Assembly (NCBI GenBank): GCA_965221165.1
Contig: CBDCRP010000003.1
Coordinates: 800,001 to 864,000, forward strand
Direction of reading: 5' to 3'
Source of the DNA: a bacterium
GTDB taxonomy: Bacteria; UBA8248
DNA length: 64,000 nucleotides
In this document: positions 27,687 through 39,780 of the stretch, one piece after another
Numbering within the stretch: position 1 is the first letter of the stretch
Layout of the letters: the number at the start of each line of letters is the position of its first letter
Translations under genes and position numbers: made by a program
The notes under the pieces: model-generated
Told to the model about the DNA's origin: nothing
What the model saw: only the letters and a program-made list of their open reading frames with translations
Database searches by the model: none

Positions 27687-28472
27687 ATGGCGATCAACTT
27701 ACTCCTCCTCGACGAAAGCCTTCTGGTGCAACGCGTCGTGGAACTGGCCTTCAGGGATACAGGAGTAGATGTCCATATGGCGGAGAATACCGATGAGGCC
27801 TTCGAAATCGCGGAGAATGCGCCACCGGACATCGTCGTAGCCAGCCTGGACATGCAGAATTCCGATGGACTGGACTTTTGCCATCGCCTACGCCAAAAAC
27901 CGGAACTTTCCCAGGTGCCTCTTCTCGTTTTAACGAGCACCCGCAACAGCGCCAGCGATGAGGAAATCCAGAAGTTGGAAGCCACAGGAAACATCGAAAA
28001 ACCGTTCAAGCCGATTGTATTTACGACGGAGGTGGAACGCATTATCGGCCCGGGGGCCGGCCTACCGACTCCAGACCCCCAAGAACAGGCGGAGCCCGAT
28101 TCCCCGGAAAAAGCGATGGACGAAGAAATCCTGGAAGAAGCGCCCCAGCCTCCCGAAGACACTATAGAGGACTCAGAAGAAACTCCTCCCGCTCCGGTTG
28201 CGGAAGAGGCGCTCGAAGAAACGGAAGAATCTCCCGGCGAATTAGAAAGAGTGGCCTCTTCGAGCGAGGAGGAAGAACAACCACCCTCTTCCGGCCTTGG
28301 GCTAGACGGCGAAAAAATCGACCCCATCATCCAGAAATATCTGGAAGAAACGGCGGAAAAGATCGCCCCCACATTGTTGCGCCGCATCGAAGCCGTTGTG
28401 GTGGCGCAACTTCCCGATATAGTAGAGCAAATCGTTCTTAGAGAAATCGAAAAAATCAAGCGCGGAGAATAA
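27687..28472 (+). CDS. Atypical receiver-domain protein with Pro/Glu-rich linker and RomR/PopZ-like C-terminal helices
   Basis: REC fold (LLLLDES...PDIVVASLDM...KPF), acidic Pro-rich linker, C-terminal QLPDIVEQIVLREIEKIKRGE. Confidence 0.7.
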   Translation: MAINLLLLDESLLVQRVVELAFRDTGVDVHMAENTDEAFEIAENAPPDIVVASLDMQNSDGLDFCHRLRQKPELSQVPLLVLTSTRNSASDEEIQKLEATGNIEKPFKPIVFTTEVERIIGPGAGLPTPDPQEQAEPDSPEKAMDEEILEEAPQPPEDTIEDSEETPPAPVAEEALEETEESPGELERVASSSEEEEQPPSSGLGLDGEKIDPIIQKYLEETAEKIAPTLLRRIEAVVVAQLPDIVEQIVLREIEKIKRGE

Positions 28473-28475
28473 CCT

Positions 28476-31097
<2,622 letters not shown>

Positions 31098-31865
31098 ATG
31101 GACTCTATCGACGCCGGCCAAAAGGTGCTGGACTGGCGCATCGAAACGATTGACGAGCCGAGTTCCACCAACGATTTGCTTTCGGCCAGGGCACGAGAAG
31201 GCGAAGCCGAAGGGCTCGTCATACGGGCAATATCCCAAACCAAAGGAAGGGGAAGAAGAGGACACTCCTGGTTTTCTCCGCCGGGGTGCGGATTGTACTT
31301 CTCGGCCCTGCTTCGCCCGAATGGAGAAACCGAAATTTCAGCCCCTCTGACGCTTTTGCTCGGCGTCGCCGTCGCAGAAGGCCTCGAAGAGGCGACGGGC
31401 CTTCGCATCGGGCTCAAATGGCCGAACGACCTGAGGGTGAATGGCAGAAAAATCGGCGGAATCCTGTGCGAATACATAAGCCTGCCGAACCAGTCTCCCG
31501 CCGTCGTCGCAGGCGTGGGGGTAAACCTCACGACGAGGGAAATTGATTTTCCTCCCGAACTGCGTGAATCGGCCTCCTCGGTTCTTCTCTCGGGGGGACG
31601 GGTTCCCGACGCGGAGCATCTTCTCCATCTCCTTCTGAGGCGCATCGCTTTCTGGTACAAGGAATACGAATCGAGTGGTTTCGGCGCCGTCCGGGACCGA
31701 TGGCTTCGATCATGCGACAATCTGGGCGAGACGATGTCCGTTCGCGTCGCGGATGAAAAGTTTTTTGGGAAAAACAAGGGAATTGACCAAGCGGGCCGCC
31801 TGCTACTCGAAAAACCCGACCGGTCAATCGAGAGAATAAACTCCGGCGAGGTGGAACTCCCATGA
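31098..31865 (+). CDS. birA: Biotin--protein ligase (no HTH domain)
   Basis: SSTND, QTKGRGRRG, KWPND and KIGGIL. Confidence 0.93.
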   Translation: MDSIDAGQKVLDWRIETIDEPSSTNDLLSARAREGEAEGLVIRAISQTKGRGRRGHSWFSPPGCGLYFSALLRPNGETEISAPLTLLLGVAVAEGLEEATGLRIGLKWPNDLRVNGRKIGGILCEYISLPNQSPAVVAGVGVNLTTREIDFPPELRESASSVLLSGGRVPDAEHLLHLLLRRIAFWYKEYESSGFGAVRDRWLRSCDNLGETMSVRVADEKFFGKNKGIDQAGRLLLEKPDRSIERINSGEVELP

Positions 31866-32641
31866 GCGAAAACTCCTATTTGCTGGCCATCGACGTAGGC
31901 AACACACAAACCGTCGTCGGGCTTTTCGACGGGGAGGACCTTATATCGAGTTGGAGGCTCGGCTCCGTGGCCCGCCGGACGACGGATGAACTGGCCATCC
32001 TCATGGAAGGCTTGTTCCGGCTTGGGCGACACCAGATGTCGGACGTGGGCCGTGTGGTGATGGCGAGCGTCGTTCCTCCCCTGGGGCCGAATCTGGAAGA
32101 CATGGCGAAACGCTATTTCGGCGTCAAGCCACTGGTGGTCGGCCCGGGAATACGCACGGGAATCGCCATAAAATATGATAACCCACATGAGGTGGGAGCG
32201 GACAGAATCGTCAACGCCGTCGCCGGCCACCACCTGTACGGGGGACCTTTGGTCATCGTCGATTTCGGGACGGCCATCACCTTCGATGCGATATCCGCCG
32301 CGGGGGAATACCTGGGCGGCGCCATTTCGCCCGGCATGGGAATCGCCCTGGAGGCGCTCATCGACAAAACGGCCCGCCTTCCCAGGGTCGAAACCGCCGT
32401 TCCGCCCTCGGTCATCGGAAAAAACACGGTCCACAGCATTCAATCCGGCATCGCTTATGGATATCGAGGCCTGGTGAAGGAAATCGTCGGGCGCATGAAA
32501 AACGAACTAGGGGAAGATACGAAGGTGGTCGCAACCGGCGGACAGAGCCTGTCTTTCAGCGAAGAAGGAGGGGTATTCGACCTGATCAACCCCGATTTGA
32601 CTCTTCTGGGTCTGCGCCTGATCGCCGAACGAAATCCATGA
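31862..32641 (+). CDS. coaX: Type III pantothenate kinase
   Basis: IDVGNT, GADRIVN, VDFGTA and YLGGAISPG. Confidence 0.95.
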   Translation: MSENSYLLAIDVGNTQTVVGLFDGEDLISSWRLGSVARRTTDELAILMEGLFRLGRHQMSDVGRVVMASVVPPLGPNLEDMAKRYFGVKPLVVGPGIRTGIAIKYDNPHEVGADRIVNAVAGHHLYGGPLVIVDFGTAITFDAISAAGEYLGGAISPGMGIALEALIDKTARLPRVETAVPPSVIGKNTVHSIQSGIAYGYRGLVKEIVGRMKNELGEDTKVVATGGQSLSFSEEGGVFDLINPDLTLLGLRLIAERNP

Positions 32642-32694
32642 GGGCCACGAGGTAGCGGCTCTCTCATCGAGCAGATGCCTCCGGCAAGACACCC

Positions 32695-33054
32695 CTACTG
32701 AAACGCATTCCGGATAAGTTCTTTCGCCTTTGGTTTTTTCCCCGTCTCCGCCTCCAGTAACACCACATCGAAGCGGCATACGGAAGATTGCTCATGCGGG
32801 TGCGTCAGCAGATAGTGCTGCGCGGCTTGCGCGATTCTGCGCTGTTTCTCGCGATTGATGGCCTCAGCCCCGCTGAGGGACTTGCCCGGCGCGCGGGTCT
32901 TCACCTCGATGAACGAGAGAACACCGCCTTCGCGCGCGATGATATCCACCTCGTAGCGGGAACCGCGGTAGTTTCGCTCGATGATTTCATACCCACGGCG
33001 GCGCAGGAATTTCACGGCCACGTCTTCCCCGATTTTTCCACTCTCGCGGCTCAT
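32695..33054 (-). CDS. YraN family (UPF0102) endonuclease-like protein
   Basis: GEDVAVKFL..GYEIIERNYR, EVDII, FIEVKTR and RFDVV; ATG at 33054. Confidence 0.9.
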   Translation of the reverse strand: MSRESGKIGEDVAVKFLRRRGYEIIERNYRGSRYEVDIIAREGGVLSFIEVKTRAPGKSLSGAEAINREKQRRIAQAAQHYLLTHPHEQSSVCRFDVVLLEAETGKKPKAKELIRNAFQ

Positions 33055-33061
33055 CGCGTCC

Positions 33062-33664
33062 TCACGCCCCGACCACCACAGGCACCCCCCGGAAAGTTCG
33101 CCGGTGAATGCGGCAGGGGCCATGAAGCTCAAGAGCAGCGAGATGATCCCGCGTGGGATAGCCCTTGTGCTTGCCGAATCCATAGCCCGGAAAACGCCCG
33201 TCCATCCGCGCCATCACCCGGTCCCGGTACACCTTGGCGACCACGCTCGCCGCGGCGATGCAGGCGCACCGCGAATCCCCTTTCACCAGCGGGGTTTGCG
33301 GCAACGAGACGGGAATCCTCTTGTTGCCGTCGATGAGTATGTGAGCGGGCGCGAGCCCAAGTCTCTCCACGGCGGTCGCCATCGCGCGAAGGGACGCCTG
33401 GAGGATGTTTATTCTTTCGATCTCGCGTGGTCCGGCCGCCGCCAGAGCGACGGCGCGCGCTTTGGCGAGAATCTCGGGCAACAGCGCTTCCCTGCGGCTT
33501 GGGGAGAGTTTTTTGCTGTCATCAAGGCCGGCGATCGGATTCTCCGGGTCCAGCACCACGGCGGCGGCCACTACCGGGCCCGCCAAGGGGCCGCGCCCCG
33601 CCTCGTCCACGCCTGCGACGATGGAGGCGCCTTCGCTCGCGAGATCAAGCTCGATGGAATACAT
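33062..33664 (-). CDS. rnhB: Ribonuclease HII
   Basis: GVDEAGRGPLAGPV, DSKKL, IAAASVVAKV and HKGYPT. Confidence 0.96.
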   Translation of the reverse strand: MYSIELDLASEGASIVAGVDEAGRGPLAGPVVAAAVVLDPENPIAGLDDSKKLSPSRREALLPEILAKARAVALAAAGPREIERINILQASLRAMATAVERLGLAPAHILIDGNKRIPVSLPQTPLVKGDSRCACIAAASVVAKVYRDRVMARMDGRFPGYGFGKHKGYPTRDHLAALELHGPCRIHRRTFRGVPVVVGA

Positions 33665-33819
33665 GAAAGACCATACGGGGCGGTGGATTTTCTTAATATA
33701 TCGATGAACCAGAGAGTTCTCAAGGGGTGATCACGCCATCCGGCTTGGGGGACGGGCAAAAATCTGAGAAGATGCGCATATCCATAAAATGCAAGAAAAT
33801 ACCGACCGGAGAAGACACG

Positions 33820-34809
33820 TTGGCAAAGAAAGATATTTTTCAAAAAGACCACCTCATCAATTCGCACGACGAAGGCATCAAGCTGCATTTAAGAGAGAAA
33901 AAACTGCGCGGAATGAAGAAGTCGGAAACGGCCAACGCGCTGCTCATGGTGCATGGGCAAAGCACCCCGTCGCCCGTCGCCTTCGACCTTCCGCTGCCCG
34001 GCTACTCATGGATGGATTTCGCCGCCGTCCGTGGTTTTCACGTCTACGCCCTTTGTATCCGGGGCTACGGACCCTCCACGCGGCCACCGGAAATGCTCAG
34101 GAGCGCCGCCGGTCAACCCCCGGCCGTACGGGGAATCACGGCGGTGCGCGACATCGACGCCGCCGTGCGATTCATCTGCGAGCAAAACGCCATTGGGAAG
34201 CTGAACCTTCTCGGCTGGTCGTGGGGCACGACGACCACGGCCGCCTTCACGGCCGGAAAACAGGCTCGCGTCCGCCGCCTCGCTCTCTACGCTCCGTTTT
34301 ACGCATACGACAATCCCCAGGCGGCGGCCCTCTGGGAAGACCCCGCGCGCCCCGGACACTGGAACCCTCGAAAAGGAGCGTGGCGCTGGGTCACGGAAGC
34401 CTACCAGCGCGAACGCTGGGACGGGAGCATTCCCAAGGGGCAGCACGCGAAGTGGAGAACCGAAAAGGCGATCAAACGCTTCTGGAGCGAACAACTCAAA
34501 TTCGACCCCGAGGGCGCCCGCAGAAAAACACCCGCCGTCCGCGTGCCCAACGGCGCGATGGCGGATGGCTACGACCGCGCGCGCAACAAGCCGCTTTACG
34601 ATGCAAGCAGAATCACCTGTCCGGTCCTGACCATCCGGGGGGATCACGACAGGAGCTCGACCGACCCCATCTTCGCCGCCGTCTATCGCGCGATGGTCAA
34701 CAGCCGCGGGAAGCGCTCGGTCGTCCTGGGCGACGCCACGCATTTCGCCCAGTACGAATGGTGCCGCGAGGCCTTATACAAAGAGGTGCAGAATTTTATA
34801 GAAGGTTGA
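33820..34809 (+). CDS. Alpha/beta-fold hydrolase
   Basis: VHG oxyanion motif, RGYGPS, GWSWG nucleophile elbow and ATH; probable TTG start at 33820 with GGAG SD. Confidence 0.85.
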   Translation: MAKKDIFQKDHLINSHDEGIKLHLREKKLRGMKKSETANALLMVHGQSTPSPVAFDLPLPGYSWMDFAAVRGFHVYALCIRGYGPSTRPPEMLRSAAGQPPAVRGITAVRDIDAAVRFICEQNAIGKLNLLGWSWGTTTTAAFTAGKQARVRRLALYAPFYAYDNPQAAALWEDPARPGHWNPRKGAWRWVTEAYQRERWDGSIPKGQHAKWRTEKAIKRFWSEQLKFDPEGARRKTPAVRVPNGAMADGYDRARNKPLYDASRITCPVLTIRGDHDRSSTDPIFAAVYRAMVNSRGKRSVVLGDATHFAQYEWCREALYKEVQNFIEG

Positions 34810-34831
34810 GCGGGGATAGAAAACCAACAGC

Positions 34832-34865
34832 AAAAAGACCCGGGGCGATGTCCCGGGTCTTCTCT
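34832..34865. terminator. Bidirectional terminator-like hairpin
   Basis: AGACCCGGG-gcgatgt-CCCGGGTCT flanked by A-rich and T-rich runs. Confidence 0.7.
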
Positions 34866-34948
34866 ATTTTTGAAGTTGTCTCGTCCTATCTTCTGTGAAT
34901 GGTCTCCAGGTCGATCGAGCGGGCATCCGCAGTCATTGGACGAATCAC

Positions 34949-35041
34949 CTACCTGCTCGCGCCAAAAGCGCCGACTACATCGTGAGTGTTGAATGTCCCG
35001 CCGACTTCATGATGATTCGGCCCATAGAAAGAGCCGTTAAT
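34949..35041 (-). pseudogene. Remnant of the C-terminal beta-barrel end of a TbpB-like surface lipoprotein
   Basis: Translates as INGSFYGPNHHEVGGTFNTHDVVGAFGASR*, matching the G-x-FYGP-x(3)-E-x-GG-x-F...GAFG end of transferrin-binding-protein-like barrels; no start codon of its own. Confidence 0.6.
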
Positions 35042-35092
35042 GTTTACATGGTAAAAAGTGGGAATAATTAAGCAAAGTTGACAAACATAAGT

Positions 35093-35608
35093 TCAATACT
35101 GAGCCCTCAAAAATCTAACACCAACCTTTTCACAAGCCTTCATTATTCTGTATTCATACTTTCCCAATTTTCCATCTCTATCATAGATAACCACAACAGG
35201 TTCCTTTCCCGTTAGAACAGAAAAGAAAACAGCCTGTTGCAAGCTATCGAGACTGCTTCTCTTATCTAAACCACCTTCATAAACAGAATCCGAAGTCTCA
35301 CAATCCACCTTCACATAACCCTTGGGATATTTATGCCGAGTCTCGGTAACACCACCAACGCTGGCGCAAAAGATTTTATTGTATTCGTCTTCACTCATTT
35401 TCTTTGTTTTTGATTTTACAGGTTGTTTAGGACTTCTTTCATCGGGAGAAAAACTAGGACTTCTATGGCAATGTCTTATTCCTGTTCTCCGATTATAATG
35501 ACAACCATCTGCGGCCAAACCACCACCATGCGCAAACGATAAATCGGGAATCGAAATTATAGCTACAACCAGAATTCCTAAAAAGAGTACGGTCGGGAAC
35601 CGTCCCAT
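35093..35608 (-). CDS. Secreted YHYH-domain protein with a putative nuclease-like C-terminal domain (AT-rich)
   Basis: Signal peptide, then HGGGLAADGCHYNRRTGIRHCH; C-terminal VDC...YEGGLDK...QQAVFF; GAGG SD; markedly lower GC than the flanks. Confidence 0.72.
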   Translation of the reverse strand: MGRFPTVLFLGILVVAIISIPDLSFAHGGGLAADGCHYNRRTGIRHCHRSPSFSPDERSPKQPVKSKTKKMSEDEYNKIFCASVGGVTETRHKYPKGYVKVDCETSDSVYEGGLDKRSSLDSLQQAVFFSVLTGKEPVVVIYDRDGKLGKYEYRIMKACEKVGVRFLRAQY

Positions 35609-35773
35609 CCCTTATACCCTCCTCGTAAGGGTAAAGTTCGAAACACCATGCGCCTTGAATTGGGTCTTGTTGCGGCTCTACATGGTGCCGGGAGAAATTA
35701 TGGTAGTGGGCTGAACAGCGATGGTCAAGCAAAAAATATCAAAGCCCTGAAGGGCGAGAAATTCCGTTGCGCT

Positions 35774-36121
35774 CTACCTTCTGCGCCGCTCTTTCACCTG
35801 GGCCGCCTTGCCCTTGCGGTCTCTCAGGTAGTAGAGCTTCGCTCGGCGCACCCGGCCTTTTCGGGTGACCTCTATCTTGTCGACTCTTGGGGAATGCACC
35901 GGGAAGATGCGCTCCACGCCGATTCCGTACGAGAGCTTGCGGACGCGGAACCTCTCGCGCAGCCCGCCGCCCTGCCTTCCGATGACGACACCCTCGAACA
36001 CCTGGATGCGCTCCTTGTCGCCCTCGACGATTTTCACGTGAACGCGCACCGTATCTCCCGGTTCGAATTCGGAAACGTCCTTGCGCATGCCCTCGCGCTC
36101 AATTTTGTCGATAATGTTCAC
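35774..36121 (-). CDS. rplS: 50S ribosomal protein L19
   Basis: [16 protein letters not shown] and [12 protein letters not shown]. Confidence 0.98.
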   Translation of the reverse strand: MNIIDKIEREGMRKDVSEFEPGDTVRVHVKIVEGDKERIQVFEGVVIGRQGGGLRERFRVRKLSYGIGVERIFPVHSPRVDKIEVTRKGRVRRAKLYYLRDRKGKAAQVKERRRR

Positions 36122-36160
36122 CCGCCTGCTCCTTTTCCTCGAAATATCAGCAATGAACCA

Positions 36161-36733
36161 CTATACCCGTCTCTCGCCGAGAATGCGATCTACCACAATC
36201 GCCGCCGCACCGCGAACCGACAGATGGTTGAATCTCACATCCGCCTCCGCCCGTACCGGCAGCAAAACCACCTCGGACATCTCCAAAACCTCATCCGCCA
36301 GACCCCAACTCGTGCCGAACAAAATAATAAGCGGGGCGTCCATCCCTTTCATCTCGCCGCGCAGCGCTTCATATCCCACGGCGCGAGGGACTCGCCTGGC
36401 CGTCGTGGCCACACATCGCGGCCTTTTCGATTCCTTGCGCTCCACCTCCTCGACGAGCGCATCCAAAGACGGCAGAACTTCAAGGAATTCGAGCGTCTCT
36501 CCCCTTTGCGGATGCAACGCGCGGCCCGGACCCTCTACGAAATGCCCTACCACCCGCTCGACGAACGCCCGCTGGGGAGCAGAAGGGTGTACCACAAATA
36601 CGCCCGAGATGCCATAGGTTCGGCCCACGCGGGCGAGATCGTGCAAATCGAGGCTCGTGACCGAAGAGGTCACGACGACGCCGTCTCGATTGAGAACCGG
36701 GTAGTGAATCAGCGCGAGATAGACGTTCCCCAA
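36161..36733 (-). CDS. SPOUT-class RNA methyltransferase (type usually fused or adjacent to TrmD)
   Basis: ALIHYPV, LDLHDLAR..RTYG, FGTSWGL and FNHLSVRGAAAI..DR. Confidence 0.88.
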   Translation of the reverse strand: MGNVYLALIHYPVLNRDGVVVTSSVTSLDLHDLARVGRTYGISGVFVVHPSAPQRAFVERVVGHFVEGPGRALHPQRGETLEFLEVLPSLDALVEEVERKESKRPRCVATTARRVPRAVGYEALRGEMKGMDAPLIILFGTSWGLADEVLEMSEVVLLPVRAEADVRFNHLSVRGAAAIVVDRILGERRV

Positions 36734-36748
36734 TACCCCTCAATCCTT

Positions 36749-37477
36749 TTACTTCCTGGAAGATTCCAGTAGGCGCAAATCTTCATCGCTCAATTCCGCC
36801 CGCTCGAACAGGTCCATTCGTCTTTCTCTCGTTCTTTTGAGAGCCTGGCGTCTCCTCCAGAGCCGAACCGCTTCATGATCGCCGGACAAAAGCACGTCCG
36901 GTGCGCGAATCCCCTCGCACTCCGCCGGCCGCGTGTAGTGTGGGTGATCGAGAAGCCCATCGGTGAAGCTGTCCTGCGCGGCGGAATCATCGTTGCCCAA
37001 TACGCCGGGGATGAGCCTGCCGACGGCGTCGATGACGGCCATGGCCGGAATCTCCCCTCCCGAGAGCACATAATCACCGATAGAGATTTCCTCATCCACG
37101 CACAATTCGCTCACCCTTTCATCCACGCCCTCGTACCGGCCGCAGATGAGGAGCAACCTGGGAACTTTAGAGAGCCGAAGGGCGGTCGTCTGGTCGAACA
37201 ACCTTCCCTGCGGAGTGAGCAACACCTTGAGCGGCTCGGACTCCCCATCCTCTCGAATCTCCCGAACGCCTTTGAGGACGGGTTCCGGCTTCATGACCAT
37301 GCCCGCTCCGCCGCCGAAGGGGGCGTCGTCGGTTTGCTGGTATTTTCCCTCGGCGAAATCCCGCAAATTCCAGACCTTGAGCTCCAGTAGGCCCTGCTGC
37401 GCCGCGCGCCCCACAACGCCCTCTCGAAACGCTTCGGCCACCATGCGAGGGAGTATGGAAAGAATGTCGATGCGCAT
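36749..37477 (-). CDS. trmD: tRNA (guanine37-N1)-methyltransferase
   Basis: DDAPFGGGAGMV, CGRYEGVDER and SIGDYVLSGGE. Confidence 0.97.
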   Translation of the reverse strand: MRIDILSILPRMVAEAFREGVVGRAAQQGLLELKVWNLRDFAEGKYQQTDDAPFGGGAGMVMKPEPVLKGVREIREDGESEPLKVLLTPQGRLFDQTTALRLSKVPRLLLICGRYEGVDERVSELCVDEEISIGDYVLSGGEIPAMAVIDAVGRLIPGVLGNDDSAAQDSFTDGLLDHPHYTRPAECEGIRAPDVLLSGDHEAVRLWRRRQALKRTRERRMDLFERAELSDEDLRLLESSRK

Positions 37478-37486
37478 GAGAACTCC

Positions 37487-37993
37487 TCAATGCTCGTCAT
37501 CGAACTTAGGCGGACGAAAAATCCAGCGCCCATCTTCGCGCCTCAATACGACCTCGCGCGTCGCGGGCACGAGCAAATCCTCTCCCCCCGGCGTGCGTAT
37601 GGCAATGACGTCGTTTCCCCCGGCGCCGAACATGTCCACCACATGACCGAGAAGACGCCCCTCTTCGTCCAGGATTTCACAGCCCTCGAAATCCTCGAAA
37701 TAGAGAACCCCCTTCTCGGGACCATCCAGGAATTTTCTATCGGCCAGGAAAACTATCCCCCGCAGCGTCTCGGCGTCCTCGGGGGTGTCGGTTCCTTTGA
37801 GCTTCCAGACAACGGCTCCCTTGCCGCCCTGATGGCAGGCCTCTATCTCGAATCTTTTCGCAGGCTCATCCCGCGAGAACACCTCCAGGATTCGTCCATA
37901 AGCGTCGACGTCATCGAGCCAGGGTTCCACTCGAACTGCTCCCTTGAGACCATGGGGCCTAAGCGCAACGCCCACGGCCACCTTCTCGCTCAT
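37487..37993 (-). CDS. rimM: Ribosome maturation factor RimM
   Basis: PHGLKGAV and GGNDV motifs; located between rpsP and trmD. Confidence 0.9.
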   Translation of the reverse strand: MSEKVAVGVALRPHGLKGAVRVEPWLDDVDAYGRILEVFSRDEPAKRFEIEACHQGGKGAVVWKLKGTDTPEDAETLRGIVFLADRKFLDGPEKGVLYFEDFEGCEILDEEGRLLGHVVDMFGAGGNDVIAIRTPGGEDLLVPATREVVLRREDGRWIFRPPKFDDEH

Positions 37994-38002
37994 GGGACGT
38001 CC

Positions 38003-38248
38003 CTAACCGTTGATTCCCGCCTTGTCGAGCAGATTCTTGACCGTCCGGGTCGGGATGGCGCCTTTGTCTATCCAAGCCTTGGCTTTCTCGAGGTCGATGC
38101 CGATGAAGGCGGGGTCTTGTGAGGGATCGTAGCGGCCGATGCTTTCGATGAAACGACCATCGCGCGGCATCCGCTCATCCTGGACGACGACGCGGTAGCG
38201 CGGCGCTTTCTTCATACCGCCCCGGGCAAGTCTGATTTTTACTGCCAA
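38003..38248 (-). CDS. rpsP: 30S ribosomal protein S16
   Basis: [26 protein letters not shown]. Confidence 0.97.
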   Translation of the reverse strand: MAVKIRLARGGMKKAPRYRVVVQDERMPRDGRFIESIGRYDPSQDPAFIGIDLEKAKAWIDKGAIPTRTVKNLLDKAGING

Positions 38249-38259
38249 AATATTTCTCC

Positions 38260-39594
38260 TTAATAATTAAGCATTTGACGCATTCTCTGCATCTGTTTTT
38301 TCTTCCCACCCTTGGAAAACTGCTTCATCAGCTTCTGTGTTTGCGAGAATTGCTTGAGCAGTCGATTCACGTCCTGCACTCGGGTTCCGCTCCCGGCGGC
38401 GATGCGCTTTCTACGGCTACCCTTGATGATTTCAGGCTTCATGCGCTCGGTGGGCGTCATCGAATCGATGATGGCCACCGTGTGTGAGAGCTCCTTCTCG
38501 TCGATATCCACGTCGGGCATCTTGTTTCCCAGACCCGGAATCATGGACATGACCTCGCCCATCGAACCCATCTTCCTCATCTGAAGAATCTGCTCTTTCA
38601 TCGTCACCAGGGTGAACGCCCCCTTCCCGAGGGATTCCACCATGGACTGCGCGTCATCGGCGGAGATGGCGGCCTCGGCCTTCTCGATGAGGGACATGAC
38701 GTCCCCCATGCCCAGAATGCGCGACGCCATTCTCTCGGGATGAAACTCCTCCAGCGCATCGAGTTTCTCGCCCACACCGACCAGCTTAACGGGCACGCCC
38801 GTCACCGCGCGCAGCGAAAGGGCGCCGCCGCCTCTGGCGTCCCCGTCGAGCTTCGTGAGCACGACGCCCGTAATCCCGATTCGCTCGGAAAACGCCTGGC
38901 CCAGGCCGACCGCCTCCTGGCCCGTCATGGCGTCCGCAACCAAAAGCACCTCCTCGGGCCGCGCCGCCTCCTTCATCCGCTTGAGTTCATCCATCAAAGA
39001 ATCATCGATGTGCAGCCTGCCCGCACTGTCAACGATACAATAATCAAAATGCTCGAGGCGTGCTCTTTCCATCGCTTGCCGCACGATCTCCAGGGGACTC
39101 GACATGCCTTCAGAATCGAATGAGTCGGCGCCGGTCTGCTCGGCCAGCCTCTTGAGTTGGGCGATGGCCGCCGGCCGCGCGACGTCCGCAGGCACGAGAA
39201 GAACGCGCAACCCCTTGCTTCTTAGTTTCAGGGCAATCTTGCCGGCCGTCGTCGTTTTCCCCGAGCCTTGGAGGCCGACGAGCATCACGGTGGTGACACC
39301 GCTCGCGACGCGCTCGAGCGGAGCGCTCTTGGCCCCCATGAGTTCCGTAAGACGCCCCTGGACCACCTTGATGACCTGCTGGGAAGGATCGAGGTGCGCG
39401 ACGCACTCGGCGCCGACCAGATCCTCACGAATTTTCGCCACCAAATCCTTGGCGACCCGAAAGTTCACGTCGGCTTCGAGCAACGCCAGGCGGATCTCGC
39501 GAAGCGCGGAATCGACCTGTTTTTCTCCCAAAACACCCCTGCTTCTCAAATCCCTGAAGATTCCGCCAAGGCGCTCTTTCAAGCCGTCAAACAT
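38260..39594 (-). CDS. ffh: Signal recognition particle protein Ffh
   Basis: [24 protein letters not shown] and M domain; ATG at 39594. Confidence 0.97.
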   Translation of the reverse strand: MFDGLKERLGGIFRDLRSRGVLGEKQVDSALREIRLALLEADVNFRVAKDLVAKIREDLVGAECVAHLDPSQQVIKVVQGRLTELMGAKSAPLERVASGVTTVMLVGLQGSGKTTTAGKIALKLRSKGLRVLLVPADVARPAAIAQLKRLAEQTGADSFDSEGMSSPLEIVRQAMERARLEHFDYCIVDSAGRLHIDDSLMDELKRMKEAARPEEVLLVADAMTGQEAVGLGQAFSERIGITGVVLTKLDGDARGGGALSLRAVTGVPVKLVGVGEKLDALEEFHPERMASRILGMGDVMSLIEKAEAAISADDAQSMVESLGKGAFTLVTMKEQILQMRKMGSMGEVMSMIPGLGNKMPDVDIDEKELSHTVAIIDSMTPTERMKPEIIKGSRRKRIAAGSGTRVQDVNRLLKQFSQTQKLMKQFSKGGKKKQMQRMRQMLNY

Positions 39595-39666
39595 CGAACT
39601 CCCCAAATGATTGATATTCAATATGTTTCCGAGTTTCCACCCGCAAGCCCGAAAGAGGAAAACCAA

Positions 39667-39696
39667 CTTATAAGGATTTTACACGGGAAGTGTCAA
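39667..39696 (-). promoter_or_regulatory. Putative promoter of the ffh-rpsP-rimM-trmD-rplS operon
   Basis: Minus strand TTGACA-N18-TATAAG. Confidence 0.5.
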
Positions 39697-39780
39697 CCGC
39701 GTATAGACCGCCCGGCACCTCGTCCAGGTCGGAAAAGAAAATAGCGCGGATGCAAAAGGCGTCCACCGCGCCTGAAGCGC

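Noticed and set aside
35682-35695. ATGGTGCCGG(G)AGA resembling the tRNA-Leu 3' end at 22071-22083, a possible att remnant beside the AT-rich islet
   Set aside because: Only 10 identical nt, no integrase, and core genes (ribF, valS) lie between the two copies; compatible with chance.
39722-39746. CCAGGTCGGAAAAGAAAATAGC upstream of ffh, resembling SRP RNA domain IV
   Set aside because: The stem closing the GGAA tetraloop cannot form and the AGCAG motif is absent.
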